Below, one piece after another: positions 62,401-64,000 of a DNA stretch of 64,000 bases (the stretch's first letter is position 1; each line of letters starts with the position of its first letter). The stretch covers positions 2,294,001 to 2,358,000 of the forward strand of contig CM074812.1 of NCBI GenBank assembly GCA_037447605.1, given 5' to 3'. A program made the position numbers and the translations under genes. Below the pieces are notes generated by a model. It was not told the origin of the DNA. It worked only from the letters and a program-made list of their open reading frames with translations, and did no database searches. This stretch comes from Zygnema circumcarinatum SAG 698-1b (lineage: Eukaryota; Plantae; Zygnematophyceae).

Positions 62401-64000
62401 TCCCATCTCCCCTCTCCCGCTCCCATCACTCACCCACGTCCTCCCTCCCTCCCTCCCTCCCTCCCTCTCCCCCCTCTTCCTATCCCTACTCCCTCTCTCC
62501 TCTCCCCTCTTCCCCTCCCCTCACTCACCCACGTCCTCCCTCCCTCTCTCCCTCTCTCCCTCCTCCCCCTCGCAGAAGGGTCTAGACTTCAAGGGCCCCG
62601 TGTGCGTGTACAGTTGGCCCACTGTTGGGCGGCCCTCTGTGAGAGAGGGGTTGGGAGTGATCCGCCTCTACCGCCAGGACGAGGTCACCTCCGTACAGTC
62701 GGCGCCGCACCTGCGGGTATGCTCCCTCTCTCTCTCTCTCTCCCTTCCTCTCTCTCTCCCCTCTCTCCCACTTTCTCTCTCTCTCTCTCTCGCTCTCTCT
62801 CTTTCTCTCGCTCTCGCTCTCTCTGGTTCACTTTCTATCTATTTCCATCTCTCTCTCTCTCACTCGCACTCTTTTTCTTTTTATCATTCTTGCTCGCTGT
62901 CGCTCTCGGTCTCTTCTTCTCTCTCCCTCGCTCTCTTTCCATTGACCTTTCCCATCCCTTTGCCTCCTCTAATAACTTCTCCCTCCCTCCCCTCCCTCCC
63001 TCCCTTTCCCCCCACCCGCCCCCCCTCCCTCCCTCCCNNNNNNNNNNCCCTCCCTCCCTCCCTCCCTCCCTCCCTCCCTCAGGACGTGATCAAACTCCTC
63101 TCCAAGGAGGTGGGTGCTTCCAACCTCCACATTGTGGCCTACTCCATGGGTGCGCGCACACTCCTAGAGGCGCTGCGCCTGCTTGAAGCGGAGGACCTCT
63201 CTCCCTCCGCAGGTGTCACGTCACACCTCTACTTCATGGCTCCGGATGCGACCGCTCCCTTCTTCTCTCAAGTAGCGAGAGAGTTCAAATACCCGAAAGC
63301 AAAGATGCGGAGGCTGGGGAAGGAGGGAGAGGGAGAGGGGGAGGGAGTGGGAGAGGGAGAGAGAGTGAAGGTGGTAGAGGATGTGATAGCGGAGCCAAGT
63401 CAGATTATGGACTTCTCGGAGGGGTGTTCGATGAAGGGAGTGGGGAGGGAGGGAGAGGAGGAGGAGGAGGAGAGAGAGGAGAAGAAGAGAGAGGAGGTAA
63501 AGGAGGGAGAGAGAGAGCGAGAGAGAGGGAGGGGAGAGAGAGAGACCGTGTTCGCTGTGTTAGAGCAGCTCGCTGACCTCTCCTCTAATATAGTGGGAGA
63601 TACAGTCTCTGCTATTAGACAAGCTGGTCAGGTTTGGAGAGAAGGAAGAAAGCAGGGTTGGACAGAAGCCCTAAGAGCAGTTTTCGGACCCGAGGAATCG
63701 AACCCGCGACCTGATGTTTCCGAAGGCCGGAATAACGCCCACATTCATCTGTACGCGGCCCAAAACGACATTGCGCTCCTATTGTCGGAACTGATGGATA
63801 GGGGCACGCCCCAAATTAGGGCGGGGAGAAGGACGAGGGAGTTTCTGTTGTGCAATAACGACACGTTCGATACGATCGATGCGTCAGCCCTAAAGTCAGG
63901 CCTACTCACGACGGGTCACTTCTACCTATTTCATAGGATTGTTAGGGCTGACATGCGACACGTGGTCGACGGAAGAACGGACGTTCCATGGTGGAGGCAG
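59485..64000 (+). CDS. DUF900 / COG4782-type alpha/beta hydrolase with a long N-terminal extension (3' end beyond the window)
   Basis: Exons 59485-60291, 60632-60733 (VYYITSR), 61402-61541 (AVLLYVHG), 61913-61961 (CFSDF...AQIA), 62576-62716 (VYSWPT...LYRQD...SAPHL), 63083-64000 open frame (LHIVAYSMGARTLLEAL, YFMAPD, HLYAAQNDIALLLS, DTIDAS...GHFY). Phases are consistent. Confidence 0.8.

Noticed and set aside
63685-63760. tRNA-Arg-like sequence on the minus strand (GGCCGCGT...CTTCGGA...GGTTCGATTCC)
   Set aside because: The anticodon, T and acceptor stems do not pair, and it lies antisense within an open conserved coding exon. Probably coincidental.

Overview
Eukaryotic, intron-rich, plant-type nuclear DNA, most consistent with a streptophyte alga (Zygnematophyceae-like; inference). 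The evidence is plant-type LRR exons, plant-type FMT and plastid hydrolase genes, TTTAGGG repeats and GA/CT-microsatellite-filled introns. There are 12 ten-N scaffold gaps. Most long ORFs in the supplied track are translations of GA/CT microsatellites, not genes. By manually joining GT-AG exons with consistent phase I reconstruct seven genes. (1-2) A head-to-head pair of paralogous secreted multidomain genes (minus 233-7940, truncated by the window edge; plus 9078-24512, 25 exons, ~1065 aa). The complete copy reads: signal peptide, LRRNT, ~11 LRR, EGF-like, papain (C1A) domain with the catalytic Cys replaced by Ser, 2 EGF-like, ~4 LysM-like. Each LRR sits on its own 72-nt phase-2 exon, and LRR order differs between paralogs. 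(3) An intronless bacterial-type alpha/beta hydrolase (minus 29239-30150). (4) A coiled-coil protein with a C-terminal membrane anchor (34403-36051). (5) An At4g36530-type plastid alpha/beta hydrolase (minus 38762-~43857), divergent from (6) methionyl-tRNA formyltransferase (44724-56006). The FMT gene has a GC-AG intron, a ~7 kb polypyrimidine intron and central exons missing, probably in an assembly gap. (7) A spliced DUF900-type alpha/beta hydrolase (59485 to beyond 64000). Also present: an orphan CBP/p300 (HAC) coding fragment inside a 32-bp repeat array, interstitial telomere-like arrays, an intron holding 10 TGACGTCA palindromes, and two gap-adjacent duplications that look like assembly artefacts. 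The most exciting candidate is the LRR / Ser-papain / LysM secreted protein pair.
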